This document shows, one piece after another, positions 1 through 7,611 of a stretch of DNA of 29,503 nt; within the stretch, counting starts at the first letter, position 1, and every line of letters begins with the position of its first letter. Source of the stretch: a virus; the IMG/VR virus record IMGVR_UViG_3300014962_000003, positions 1 through 29,503 of that record; one strand, written 5' to 3'. A model generated the notes under the pieces. It made no database searches, was not told the DNA's origin, and worked only from the letters and a program-made list of their open reading frames with translations. The position numbers and the translations under genes were made by a program.

Positions 1-79
1 GAAGCAGGTTGTGGATAGGTTTGGGCGCAAGATTTTCTATGACGAGAATGGGATTGCTCGCGGCCCGAATGATTGGCAA
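1..79. repeat. 79-bp terminal direct repeat, left copy. Circular-closure or assembly overlap, or a short terminal redundancy.
   Basis: Bases 1-79 (gaagcaggttgtggatagg...gaatgattggcaa) are identical to 29425-29503. Confidence 0.95.
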
Positions 80-109
80 CAGGCTGACGGCCGGTGGGTG
101 CAGGGATGA
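1..109 (+). CDS. 3' end of the wrap-around replication-organiser ORF. Bases 1-79 duplicate the window end; 80-109 are the unique last 9 codons plus TGA.
   Basis: The frame continues from 29503 (..NDWQ) into cag gct gac ggc cgg tgg gtg cag gga TGA, ending at 107-109. The stop overlaps the helicase ATG at 106 (ATGA). Confidence 0.55.
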   Translation, partial: KQVVDRFGRKIFYDENGIARGPNDWQQADGRWVQG

Positions 110-1275
110 CTGACGCTGAGAGGGCTGTCATTGGCGCTATCCTTCTAGATTCCCGCGTGTTCGTTCTTGCCGAGAAGGAAGTTTCGGGCGAAGATTTCGA
201 GGATATGCGGCTAGGCGAACTATGGTCTGGTATTGCACGGATGATTCACGACCGGCAGCCCGTCGATGTGTTGACTGTCTCTGCGAAACTGTCTGAGTGG
301 GGTTTGCGCGGTATCGAGGCGGCAGACTTACACAAACTGGTGGCTGATGTTCCTACGGCGTCGAATGTCGCACACTATGCACGACTGGTCAGGGATGATT
401 CGGTTCGCCGGCAGATACGGCAAGTGTCTGCGAAAGCTATCGCCCGTGCTGACGAGGGTAGGGTGAAGCCGGCTGAGACTGTCGCTGACGCTATCAAAGA
501 CTTCAGGGATGTGCAGTCTGGTGCTATCCGTGAACAGTTGGATGCGAAACGGCTTGACGATGTGGCGGTGCAGGATACTGAATATGACTGGCTTATTGAT
601 GGATTGTTGGAGCGTAAGGATCGGCTCATCGTTACTGGCTCTGAGGGTGCAGGTAAAAGCACTTTTGTTCGCCAGTTTGCGGTGATGTCTGCTGCGGGCA
701 TTCATCCTTTTACTTTGCAGCCGATTGAACCGTTGAATGTGTTGGTTGTGGATGCTGAGAACTCGGAACGCCAGTGGGCGCGTGCTGTTCACCGGATGTT
801 GTTTGCGGCGAAAGCTAAAGGCGCAGGAGACCCAGGCTTGAATGTCAGGTTGGCGTGTTCCCCACGGTTGGATATAACCCGCGATTCACATTTGGGTCAG
901 ATTCACCGGCTTATTGACGAACACCAGCCTGACCTTGTATGTATCGGCCCTCTCTACCGGCTGTCACCTAACGCTTTACAGACTGATGATGACGCAGCAC
1001 CCGTGCTAGCAGCTTTGGATACTATCCGTGACCGTAACCTTGCGCTTATCATTGAGGCTCATGCTGGTCATGCGATGAATGCTGGCGGTGAAAGGAATCT
1101 GCGGCCTCGTGGTTCGAGTGCGCTTCTTGGTTGGCCTGAGTTCGGGTACGGGTTGCGGCTTGTACCTGCTACTGGTGAAATGCAGTTCAGCCAGTGGCGT
1201 GGTGATCGTGACGCGCGTGAATGGCCAGAGCTATTACGAAAAGGTAGTCAATTCCCGTTTGAGGTGGTTCGATGA
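106..1275 (+). CDS. DnaB-like replicative helicase (DnaB N-terminal domain plus RecA-like/AAA_25 ATPase).
   Basis: N-terminus AERAVIGAILLD...DFED..LGELW..I resembles the DnaB N-terminal domain. Walker A is TGSEGAGKST and Walker B-like is LNVLVVDAE. I prefer ATG 106 (ATGA coupling) over GTG 94. Confidence 0.8.
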   Translation: MTDAERAVIGAILLDSRVFVLAEKEVSGEDFEDMRLGELWSGIARMIHDRQPVDVLTVSAKLSEWGLRGIEAADLHKLVADVPTASNVAHYARLVRDDSVRRQIRQVSAKAIARADEGRVKPAETVADAIKDFRDVQSGAIREQLDAKRLDDVAVQDTEYDWLIDGLLERKDRLIVTGSEGAGKSTFVRQFAVMSAAGIHPFTLQPIEPLNVLVVDAENSERQWARAVHRMLFAAKAKGAGDPGLNVRLACSPRLDITRDSHLGQIHRLIDEHQPDLVCIGPLYRLSPNALQTDDDAAPVLAALDTIRDRNLALIIEAHAGHAMNAGGERNLRPRGSSALLGWPEFGYGLRLVPATGEMQFSQWRGDRDAREWPELLRKGSQFPFEVVR

Positions 1276-1652
1276 ACGAGGCACAGTTACGCGGCATAGA
1301 TTTACGCAAGCTCGAGACTGAACGCTTCGACCATTTCAACCACACTGTCACTATGATGCGGCACTATGAGAGAGCAAACCGTTTCTACAACCGGATGAAA
1401 GGCGTGAACGCGGTGCTTGCATTCGGCACAGATTTCGACAAGACTAGAGCAAAGGTTCAACAGAGCCTTGAAAGAGAGGAAATATCGGGGATGACTCCGC
1501 AAGAAATCGAGGCGGCTATGGCTGCCATTACGAAAGCGTCTAACTATTTAGACAAATATCAGACCATAACGATTGTGTGTCAAAACTATTTGGCAAACAA
1601 GATGAGCGCTGAGGTGGCGCTTGAGAACATTATCCGAGTGATTGGGGAATAA
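1272..1652 (+). CDS. Hypothetical protein (126 aa).
   Basis: ATGA overlap with the helicase stop; uninterrupted ORF in a coupled gene string. No motif recognised. Confidence 0.6.
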   Translation: MNEAQLRGIDLRKLETERFDHFNHTVTMMRHYERANRFYNRMKGVNAVLAFGTDFDKTRAKVQQSLEREEISGMTPQEIEAAMAAITKASNYLDKYQTITIVCQNYLANKMSAEVALENIIRVIGE

Positions 1653-1654
1653 GC

Positions 1655-1999
1655 GTGGCGAAAGTATCTGAACTGGTCGGCTATGTCGGCAAGTGGTCGA
1701 AGAATCAAGACCAGCATCCGAACTGGGCGTTGAAGCTGTCTGAAGCGCACGGTAAGGGTGACGAGAAAACCTACACTGATTGGACTGTGAAAGTGTCGAA
1801 GGCTTCGGGTCTCGACCTTGCCAAGTTCCAGCCTGGGGATCGGGTGACTGTTGCTGGTCGTTCGACGACTGAAGTGCGCGAGTATGAGGGCAAGAGTTAC
1901 AAGAATCTTGTTTTGTGGGCTGACAGTATTGAGAAGGCTGAGCAGAAGTCTGCTATCCCGAATAATTGGGTTGAGGTGGATGATGGCGCACCTTTCTGA
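1655..1999 (+). CDS. ssb: Single-stranded DNA-binding protein (short OB-fold type).
   Basis: GTG start 3 nt after the upstream stop. The C-terminal acidic tip VDDGAPF matches the canonical SSB D-D-D-I-P-F tail. Located in the replication module. Confidence 0.6.
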   Translation: MAKVSELVGYVGKWSKNQDQHPNWALKLSEAHGKGDEKTYTDWTVKVSKASGLDLAKFQPGDRVTVAGRSTTEVREYEGKSYKNLVLWADSIEKAEQKSAIPNNWVEVDDGAPF

Positions 2000-2180
2000 A
2001 CCGATTGAGCTTGACCTTACGGATGAGCAGGCTTTTATTGTGAGCGTGTTTATTCGTGAGGGTGAGTTGCGGGAGCGTGAACGCATTATCGCGCTACTCG
2101 AAACCGAGGCAACCATTTACGCCGATGGACTGCTAGACCCTGCGGAGGTTATCGCGCTTATCAAGGGGGAGAACGAATGA
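1980..2180 (+). CDS. Hypothetical small protein, paralog A of a tandem pair.
   Basis: ATG 1980 overlaps the SSB 3' end. ERERIIALLETEA...EVIALIKGE parallels the next ORF. A 21-nt exact DNA repeat (cgcattatcgcgctactcgaa) occurs at 2082-2102 and 2264-2284. Confidence 0.55.
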   Translation: MMAHLSEPIELDLTDEQAFIVSVFIREGELRERERIIALLETEATIYADGLLDPAEVIALIKGENE

Positions 2181-2377
2181 ACCGTGAGGTTATCCGCGCC
2201 GCAGGGATTATGTCTAGAGCGATTGACGCTTATGGAAATGAAATTCGCAAAGCTGAACAGACTCGCATTATCGCGCTACTCGAAGAAGAAGCATCAGCTA
2301 ACGATGATGTCAAGAATCCTTACGATGCCGAATATATTCGCGCACTCATAGGAATTATTAGAGAGGGGACAGCGTGA
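2177..2377 (+). CDS. Hypothetical small protein, paralog B of a tandem pair.
   Basis: ATGA overlap with paralog A. QTRIIALLEEEA...YIRALIGIIREG. Confidence 0.6.
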   Translation: MNREVIRAAGIMSRAIDAYGNEIRKAEQTRIIALLEEEASANDDVKNPYDAEYIRALIGIIREGTA

Positions 2378-2544
2378 AGATAGTTCTGAACCTGTATGTG
2401 TTGAGCATGGTGGTTACTTTCATCCTGCTGGCACTCACCACCACTGAGCCAGTGCTTGCCGTTCTCGGCTACCTTTTCGGTGCAACACTTGGACTCGCAC
2501 TCCTGCTGTCATTTCTGAAGGGTGGCCGTAATGGGTCTGCTTGA
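2374..2544 (+). CDS. Small membrane protein (56 aa, two hydrophobic segments). Below the ORF-track cutoff.
   Basis: GTGA overlap with the upstream stop. Hand translation: MKIVLNLYVLSMVVTFILLALTTTEPVLAVLGYLFGATLGLALLLSFLKGGRNGSA. Confidence 0.45.
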   Translation: MKIVLNLYVLSMVVTFILLALTTTEPVLAVLGYLFGATLGLALLLSFLKGGRNGSA

Positions 2545-2764
2545 CGACATGAATCCGCACAAGACAGCTACGGGCTGTAAAGTCTGGAAGATTCGTCAGG
2601 GTCTCGAGCCGTCGGATCAGAAACTCTGGGATGCGATGATTAATGACGCAGAGTTATGGAAAGCTGAGACCCTTTCACGCCAACTACGGCCCCGCGGCAT
2701 TCAGGTAGCATCATCGGTTATCCGACTGCACCGCGACATGAACTGTGCTTGCCGTAACCTTTAA
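2531..2764 (+). CDS. Hypothetical protein, possibly DNA-binding.
   Basis: ORF 2522-2764; ATG 2531 preferred. No clear family. The start is ambiguous. Confidence 0.5.
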   Translation: MGLLDDMNPHKTATGCKVWKIRQGLEPSDQKLWDAMINDAELWKAETLSRQLRPRGIQVASSVIRLHRDMNCACRNL

Positions 2765-2766
2765 CC

Positions 2767-3936
2767 ATGCTCGAGAACTTGCAGCCAGCTGAGCGTATCC
2801 AGCAACGCCAAGAAGTCAGACCTTCGGTTGAGTTCGACGGCTATGAGGGTACGGCGGTAACGCCAGGCTATGCGGGCGAAGCAAACTTTGACGAATTCCT
2901 TGCCGATGCTGGCATTGACGCTGACGGTATCGAAGTGATACCACCAGTGAGAACCTCAAGATGGCAAGCGCAACGCAAGGCTGATGATGGCGGTACAGAG
3001 ACGGTCTGGCTGACCAGCTATCGGTTTACTTTCCGTAAGAAGTCTGGCGGCATCGATTTACCGTTACTTCTTGCTGAGGGCCGCAAGAAACTCAAACCTA
3101 GACAGCTCGCCACGAATGCAGATAAGTGTTTGGTCATCTTGTGGAGCGACCTGCAAGTGGGCAAGGTTGACTATCGGGGCAACAGCCAGACTCTCATCGA
3201 ACGGGTCGAGCTTATGCAAGACCGGCTCATTGACCTTGTGAAGCGGGAGAAGCCAGCGAAGATAGTGTTTGCTGATACTGGCGATGTTGTCGAGAACTTC
3301 AGTAACGCGGCATCTATGGCTCAACTCCAGTCCAACGATCTCAGCATCATGGAGCAGGTAGACCTTGCCGCAACATTCGCCTGGGAAACCCTCAAGAAGC
3401 TTTACGCCTATGTGCCAGACATAACTTATGCAACTATCGGCTCAAACCATTGTGAATGGCGGGTAAACGGTCAACGGGTAGGTAAAGCAACCGACGACTG
3501 GGGCGTGTTCATTGGTAGACAGTTAGCGCGACTGGCAGCCGAAACAAACACCCTCATACGGTTTGTCGAGCCGCAACCACATGACGAATCCCTTGCACTC
3601 GATGTGTTTGGGGATGGCTCGCATATTCTTGGACTCGTTCACGGGCATCAAGTCAACCGGCCAGAAGGTCTCGGGGATTGGTGGCGTAAGCAAGCCTTCG
3701 GACAACAGCCAGTCTCGGCCGCTAGTATTTTGGCGCATGGACATTTCCACCATCTCAGAGTGACAGAGATGGGTTCTACTCCAACTGGTGGCTCGCGGTT
3801 CTTGATAAGCGCAAGCACACTTGACAACGGATCAGGCTGGTTCAAGAAAAACTCTGGTGAAGATTCCGTGCCAGGGTTAGTAACCTTCATCCTCGAGAAA
3901 AGCGTCAACTATACGGGAACGGTATATAAACTGTGA
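2767..3936 (+). CDS. Calcineurin-like metallophosphoesterase (SbcD/Mre11-like nuclease family).
   Basis: Ordered motifs ILWSDLQVGK, FADTGDVVEN, IGSNHCEW, LVHGHQ and AHGHFHH match the metallophosphoesterase signature. Confidence 0.7.
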   Translation: MLENLQPAERIQQRQEVRPSVEFDGYEGTAVTPGYAGEANFDEFLADAGIDADGIEVIPPVRTSRWQAQRKADDGGTETVWLTSYRFTFRKKSGGIDLPLLLAEGRKKLKPRQLATNADKCLVILWSDLQVGKVDYRGNSQTLIERVELMQDRLIDLVKREKPAKIVFADTGDVVENFSNAASMAQLQSNDLSIMEQVDLAATFAWETLKKLYAYVPDITYATIGSNHCEWRVNGQRVGKATDDWGVFIGRQLARLAAETNTLIRFVEPQPHDESLALDVFGDGSHILGLVHGHQVNRPEGLGDWWRKQAFGQQPVSAASILAHGHFHHLRVTEMGSTPTGGSRFLISASTLDNGSGWFKKNSGEDSVPGLVTFILEKSVNYTGTVYKL

Positions 3937-4571
3937 AACAGATAACAGACTTGCACGGCATGACACAAGACCGCACTGTATATGTTCTCGGCAGCGGTAA
4001 AACACTTGACTATATCGACACAGACTTTTTCAAATACGAGAATGTGTTTGCTACTAATTTTGCCGGACAAATCAAAGGTGTGCTCTCTTACACCGCATTC
4101 ACCCATTATCACGAAGATGCTTTAGAACTTCTCAAAGAGGATGGCGCAGACTATGTTGTGACACCACGCATACACCAGCACACCGGCCGCGAATGGGAAC
4201 ACGGCGACTATCCCCACCTTGTCTTAGTTGACATGATAGAAAACTTCCCGCCAGGCGCAGGATTCAACCCGTTCATCTATTCAGGCACAGGCAACCATCT
4301 ACTGTTCGGATCATCCTCGCTACATGGCACGATGCATCTCGCCGCCTATGCGGGAGCATCCACCATCATCCTTGTCGGCGCAGACTGCGGAACACTTGAC
4401 GGCGAACATAGGATTGACGGTTATCCTGACGGCGACAAACATTGGGGCCTCTATAACGGACATCTTGAACTTATGAAGGCATGGCTGAAGCAAGAATACG
4501 ACTGCAACATTTACAGCCTCAACCCGTTCGTAAACCTCAACCTAGAAGGTCACAGGTTTGACGGCGTATGA
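3933..4571 (+). CDS. MptE/DUF115-like protein (Maf-type, putative glycosyl/sugar-nucleotide transferase-like).
   Basis: GTGA overlap. VYVLGSGKTLDYID and GSSSLHGTMHLAAYAGASTIILVGADCG resemble the DUF115 G-x-S-G / ..G.D pattern. The functional call is tentative. Confidence 0.4.
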   Translation: MKQITDLHGMTQDRTVYVLGSGKTLDYIDTDFFKYENVFATNFAGQIKGVLSYTAFTHYHEDALELLKEDGADYVVTPRIHQHTGREWEHGDYPHLVLVDMIENFPPGAGFNPFIYSGTGNHLLFGSSSLHGTMHLAAYAGASTIILVGADCGTLDGEHRIDGYPDGDKHWGLYNGHLELMKAWLKQEYDCNIYSLNPFVNLNLEGHRFDGV

Positions 4572-4996
4572 ACGGATCAAACACTTACGAGGAACGCAAC
4601 AGTATCGCTTTCAACAAAGGCGAAAACCTATTCGTGGACTGGGCGCAAGACAACGGCTACACACTCCACCGGCTAGGGTTTGACGAGAAGCAAGGCAAAG
4701 TCTCCGGCTTCTACAAGCTCGCATCATATATACGCCACCTGCCAGACTTCATCGTCTCCAAAGGCGACATGATGGCACTCGTAGAAGTCAAAGGCTCAAC
4801 CAACTTCAAACAGTCAGACTATGAACGGCTAGGCGAAGCCTTCTATATCTACTCCACTAGGGAATGCCCTCTCTACTATGTGTTTGCTACCGACCAAGGC
4901 ATCACATGGAGAACAGGTCTCGAGGTTGCTGAACTGTATGAGAAAGCCGAAGACCAACAGTGGGATGACGGCGTAACCTATCGGCGGCTATGGTGA
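4568..4996 (+). CDS. PD-(D/E)xK nuclease-like protein (Hjc/resolvase-like).
   Basis: ATGA overlap. LPDFIVSKGDMMALVEVKGS gives a D...E-x-K arrangement. Confidence 0.5.
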   Translation: MNGSNTYEERNSIAFNKGENLFVDWAQDNGYTLHRLGFDEKQGKVSGFYKLASYIRHLPDFIVSKGDMMALVEVKGSTNFKQSDYERLGEAFYIYSTRECPLYYVFATDQGITWRTGLEVAELYEKAEDQQWDDGVTYRRLW

Positions 4997-5373
4997 CAGC
5001 AATATTCGCCTACATCATCCTTCTACTCGCCATGATAGGAGCAACCATGCCACGATTCGCCCGCGCCTGTCTCGGATGCAAACAACTCACAAACGACGGT
5101 TCATATTGCACAAACTGTTCTAAAGCATTCGAGAGGGTACGCGACGCCGACCCTACCCGCCGGCAGAAGAAGGCCACCCTCTACGACGCCACCTACCGCA
5201 AACAAGCAAAGCAAGTAAGACAGACAGCAACAACCTGCCACCTATGCGGCGAACCAGCACGACTCAACGATCCGTGGGAAGCCGACCACCTCACCCCAGG
5301 CGACCCAACCTCACCACTCGCAGCCGCACACCGAAGCTGCAACCAAAAACGAGGCAACAAACCACTTCAATAA
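4990..5373 (+). CDS. HNH endonuclease (terminase-associated position).
   Basis: CLGC...CTNC zinc-binding pairs and EADHLTP...AAHRSCNQKRGNK as the HNH core. Sits immediately upstream of terS. The start may be ATG 4990, 5032 or 5047. Confidence 0.75.
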   Translation: MVTAIFAYIILLLAMIGATMPRFARACLGCKQLTNDGSYCTNCSKAFERVRDADPTRRQKKATLYDATYRKQAKQVRQTATTCHLCGEPARLNDPWEADHLTPGDPTSPLAAAHRSCNQKRGNKPLQ

Positions 5374-5407
5374 ACAACACAACAAACACACACATAGGCC
5401 CACCGGC

Positions 5408-5439
5408 ATCAATACCGGGTGGGTCTTTTCCTTATGAAT
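5408..5439 (+). terminator. Rho-independent terminator candidate ending the early/middle transcription unit.
   Basis: cccaccgg-catcaata-ccgggtggg stem (one bulged G) followed by tcttttcc. Confidence 0.5.
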
Positions 5440-5505
5440 GCGCAGGAGTTCACCCCGCAGCCCCAACTTTTTTGCATACCCGCGAAAAAAGGCCTTCGGC
5501 TCGGC

Positions 5506-5511
5506 TAGACT
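5506..5511 (+). promoter_or_regulatory. -10 box TAGACT(TG), placed for a leaderless terS mRNA.
   Basis: ggcTAGACTtg matches the actinobacterial gnTAnanTng extended -10. The hexamer ends 7 nt before ATG 5519, and there is no Shine-Dalgarno sequence. The same 8-mer recurs at 13092 and 25685. Confidence 0.4.
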
Positions 5512-5518
5512 TGTTGGC

Positions 5519-5956
5519 ATGGGTAGACCGGCTAAACCGATTGAGCAGAAGCTGATGCAGGGGAATCCTGGTAAGCGGGCTTTATATACGAGTGATGCAC
5601 TTGCGCCGCTCGAGTATGGCTATGTTTCGCCGCCTGATGATTTGGGTGAGATTGGTCGCGCGTTTTGGGATTCGATTTTTGGTGCGGGCGAGTTGTGGAT
5701 TTCTGTTCGGACTGATACTCAGCTTGTTCATTTGGTTTGTTTGCAGCTTGACCGTCGTGCGATGTTGGCTGAGTTGTTTGTTGCTGATCCGGCTGACCGT
5801 AAGGTGAACATGAGTTTGTTGGAGACTGAGCGTGAGATTACGCGCGGTTTGTCGATGCTTGGTTTTTCACCGGCTGACCGTACTCGTCTTGGTTTGGTGA
5901 GTGCTAAGACTAAGAGTAAGTTGCAGGAGCTTCTCGAGGCGAAGAATGCTGGCTAG
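5519..5956 (+). CDS. terS: Terminase small subunit (P27 family-like).
   Basis: MGRPAKPIEQKLMQGNPGKRAL is the typical P27-family N-terminus. Sits directly upstream of, and overlaps, terL. Confidence 0.8.
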   Translation: MGRPAKPIEQKLMQGNPGKRALYTSDALAPLEYGYVSPPDDLGEIGRAFWDSIFGAGELWISVRTDTQLVHLVCLQLDRRAMLAELFVADPADRKVNMSLLETEREITRGLSMLGFSPADRTRLGLVSAKTKSKLQELLEAKNAG

Positions 5957-7472
5957 TTGGCCGCCGCTTTATTTGACTCCTGTCGCTGATGATGCGCTTG
6001 AGCGGTCTGATGGTAAGTGGGCTTCTGCGTTTGCTGAGGCGTTTGGTTCGATTGGTAAGGATGGTATTGCTGGTCGCGCTGGTGAGCCTCTCGTTTTGCG
6101 TGATTGGCAGCGGTCTTTGCTGGATTGTTTGTATGCGCGTGATGAGTCGGGCGGCTATGTGGCGCGTACTGCTCTGATTGGTATGCCACGCAAGAATGGT
6201 AAGAGTGCGCTTTCGAGTGCTGGTATTGCTATTTATTCGCTGATGGCTGAGGGTGTGCAGGGTGCTGAAGTGATTGTTGCTGCGGCTGAGAAGGAACAGG
6301 CGCGGATTGTTTTCGGTGAGGCTAAAAGAATGGTCGAGTCAAGCGAGCTTGCTGATGAGGTGCAGATTTTTCGTGACTCTATCTATGTGCCTTCGACTCA
6401 AAGCGTGATGCGGGTTGTTTCAAGTGAGAGTTACAGCAAGGAAGGTTATTCCCCCAGCAGGATTATTCTTGATGAACTCCACGCGCACCGCGACCGTACT
6501 TTGTTTGATGTGTTTTCACTGGCTATGGGTAACCGTGGTTCGCTCGCCCAGTTGGTCGCTATCACGACGGCCGGCGTGAAGTCTGATATTACGGGTCAAG
6601 ACTCAATTGCTTATTCGCTGTATCAGTATGGCAAGAAGGTTGCTAACGGTGAAGTAATTGACCCTAGCTTTTTCATGGCGTGGTGGGAAGCACCTGAGTC
6701 TATGCCTTATGACAAGCCTGAAACTTGGGCTGTCGCCAATCCTGGTTTTAATGACTTAGTGGCTGAGGATGATTTCGCGTCGGCGGTGTTGCGTACTCCT
6801 GAACATGAGTTTCGCACTAAGCGCCTGAATCAGTGGGTGAATGTGAAGAATGCTTGGCTTCCTGCGGGTGCGTGGGAGAACCTTGCTGAGGATGTTGAGC
6901 TGCTCGAGGATGACGACTATGTGATTGGGTTTGACGGTTCGTTCAAAAATGACTCAACCGCGGTGGTTGGCGTTATTGCGCCACGCTTTGAAGGCGATGT
7001 GTACCGTGCTTTTAAGATTGCGGCGTGGGAGAAAGATTTCACCATTGATGATGATTTCTGGATTGTCGATAAGCAGGAAGTGGCGAATACGGTTATCGAG
7101 TTTGTGCGGGCGCACCCGAACTGTCGTGAACTCGCCGCTGACCCCTCTTTTTGGCAAGACGAAATGTTCCAGTGGTCACAAGCTGGTATCACTACTGGTG
7201 AATATCCACAAACTTTGCCTCGTCTTGTTCCGGCGACGGCGAAACTTTATGACGCTATCCTCACAGGCCAGTTGAAACATGACGGTGATCCGGCTCTTGC
7301 TCGTCATATGGAGAATTGTATTTTGAAGATGGATTCGAAGGGGAATAGCCGTTTGACGAAGGATTATCGTAACCCTAAATTGAAGATTGACCTTGCGATT
7401 GCTTTGCTGATGGCTTATGACCGCATATCGGCTAGAATAGAACCTGAAGTAGTGCCACAATTTTTCATGTGA
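5946..7472 (+). CDS. terL: Terminase large subunit.
   Basis: Walker A GMPRKNGKSA, Walker B IILDELH, and a C-terminal nuclease-like region. ATG 5946 overlaps the terS stop. Confidence 0.9.
   Translation: MLASWPPLYLTPVADDALERSDGKWASAFAEAFGSIGKDGIAGRAGEPLVLRDWQRSLLDCLYARDESGGYVARTALIGMPRKNGKSALSSAGIAIYSLMAEGVQGAEVIVAAAEKEQARIVFGEAKRMVESSELADEVQIFRDSIYVPSTQSVMRVVSSESYSKEGYSPSRIILDELHAHRDRTLFDVFSLAMGNRGSLAQLVAITTAGVKSDITGQDSIAYSLYQYGKKVANGEVIDPSFFMAWWEAPESMPYDKPETWAVANPGFNDLVAEDDFASAVLRTPEHEFRTKRLNQWVNVKNAWLPAGAWENLAEDVELLEDDDYVIGFDGSFKNDSTAVVGVIAPRFEGDVYRAFKIAAWEKDFTIDDDFWIVDKQEVANTVIEFVRAHPNCRELAADPSFWQDEMFQWSQAGITTGEYPQTLPRLVPATAKLYDAILTGQLKHDGDPALARHMENCILKMDSKGNSRLTKDYRNPKLKIDLAIALLMAYDRISARIEPEVVPQFFM
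7433..7438 (+). promoter_or_regulatory. -10-like box ggcTAGAATag.
   Basis: Member of the G-G/C-TAGAAT motif set (also at 14953 and 16820). Lies 41 nt upstream of ATG 7480. Confidence 0.25.
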
Positions 7473-7479
7473 GGCGAAT

Positions 7480-7611
7480 ATGTCAACCATTCTTCAGATT
7501 GCCGGTGCGGTGGCTGTGACTGTCGGAGTCTCGCTCATCTTTTTACCGGCTGGGATTATTGTTGGTGGTTTGCTTTGCGGTCTTATCGGTTTTGCGTTAG
7601 GTAAGCAGTAA
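7480..7611 (+). CDS. Small membrane protein (43 aa) between terminase and portal.
   Basis: GAGG Shine-Dalgarno upstream. MSTILQIAGAVAVTVGVSLIFLPAGIIVGGLLCGLIGFALGKQ. Its TAA overlaps the portal ATG (TAATG). Confidence 0.5.
   Translation: MSTILQIAGAVAVTVGVSLIFLPAGIIVGGLLCGLIGFALGKQ

Noticed and set aside
1-79. The 79-bp end repeat as a biologically real direct terminal repeat.
   Set aside because: A single ORF reads seamlessly through it, and the HNH-terminase arrangement suggests cos ends near 5.4 kb. An assembly k-mer overlap of a circular contig is the simpler explanation, but this is unproven without reads.
328-792. Minus-strand ORFs nested inside long plus-strand genes. Examples: 328-792, 1586-2116, 7908-8510, 10680-11072, 12313-12801, 20007-20375, 23569-24063, 24225-24767.
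   Set aside because: All lie antisense to well-supported genes. They have Arg/Ser/Leu-rich low-complexity translations, no Shine-Dalgarno or coupling signals and no recognisable motifs. They are shadow ORFs of a single-strand-coded genome.
5244-5555. 103-aa ORF spanning the HNH 3' end, the terminator and the terS start. Also the 5438 start for terS.
   Set aside because: It crosses an intergenic terminator hairpin and its translation is Pro/Thr/Arg low-complexity. The P27-type TerS N-terminus begins at ATG 5519.
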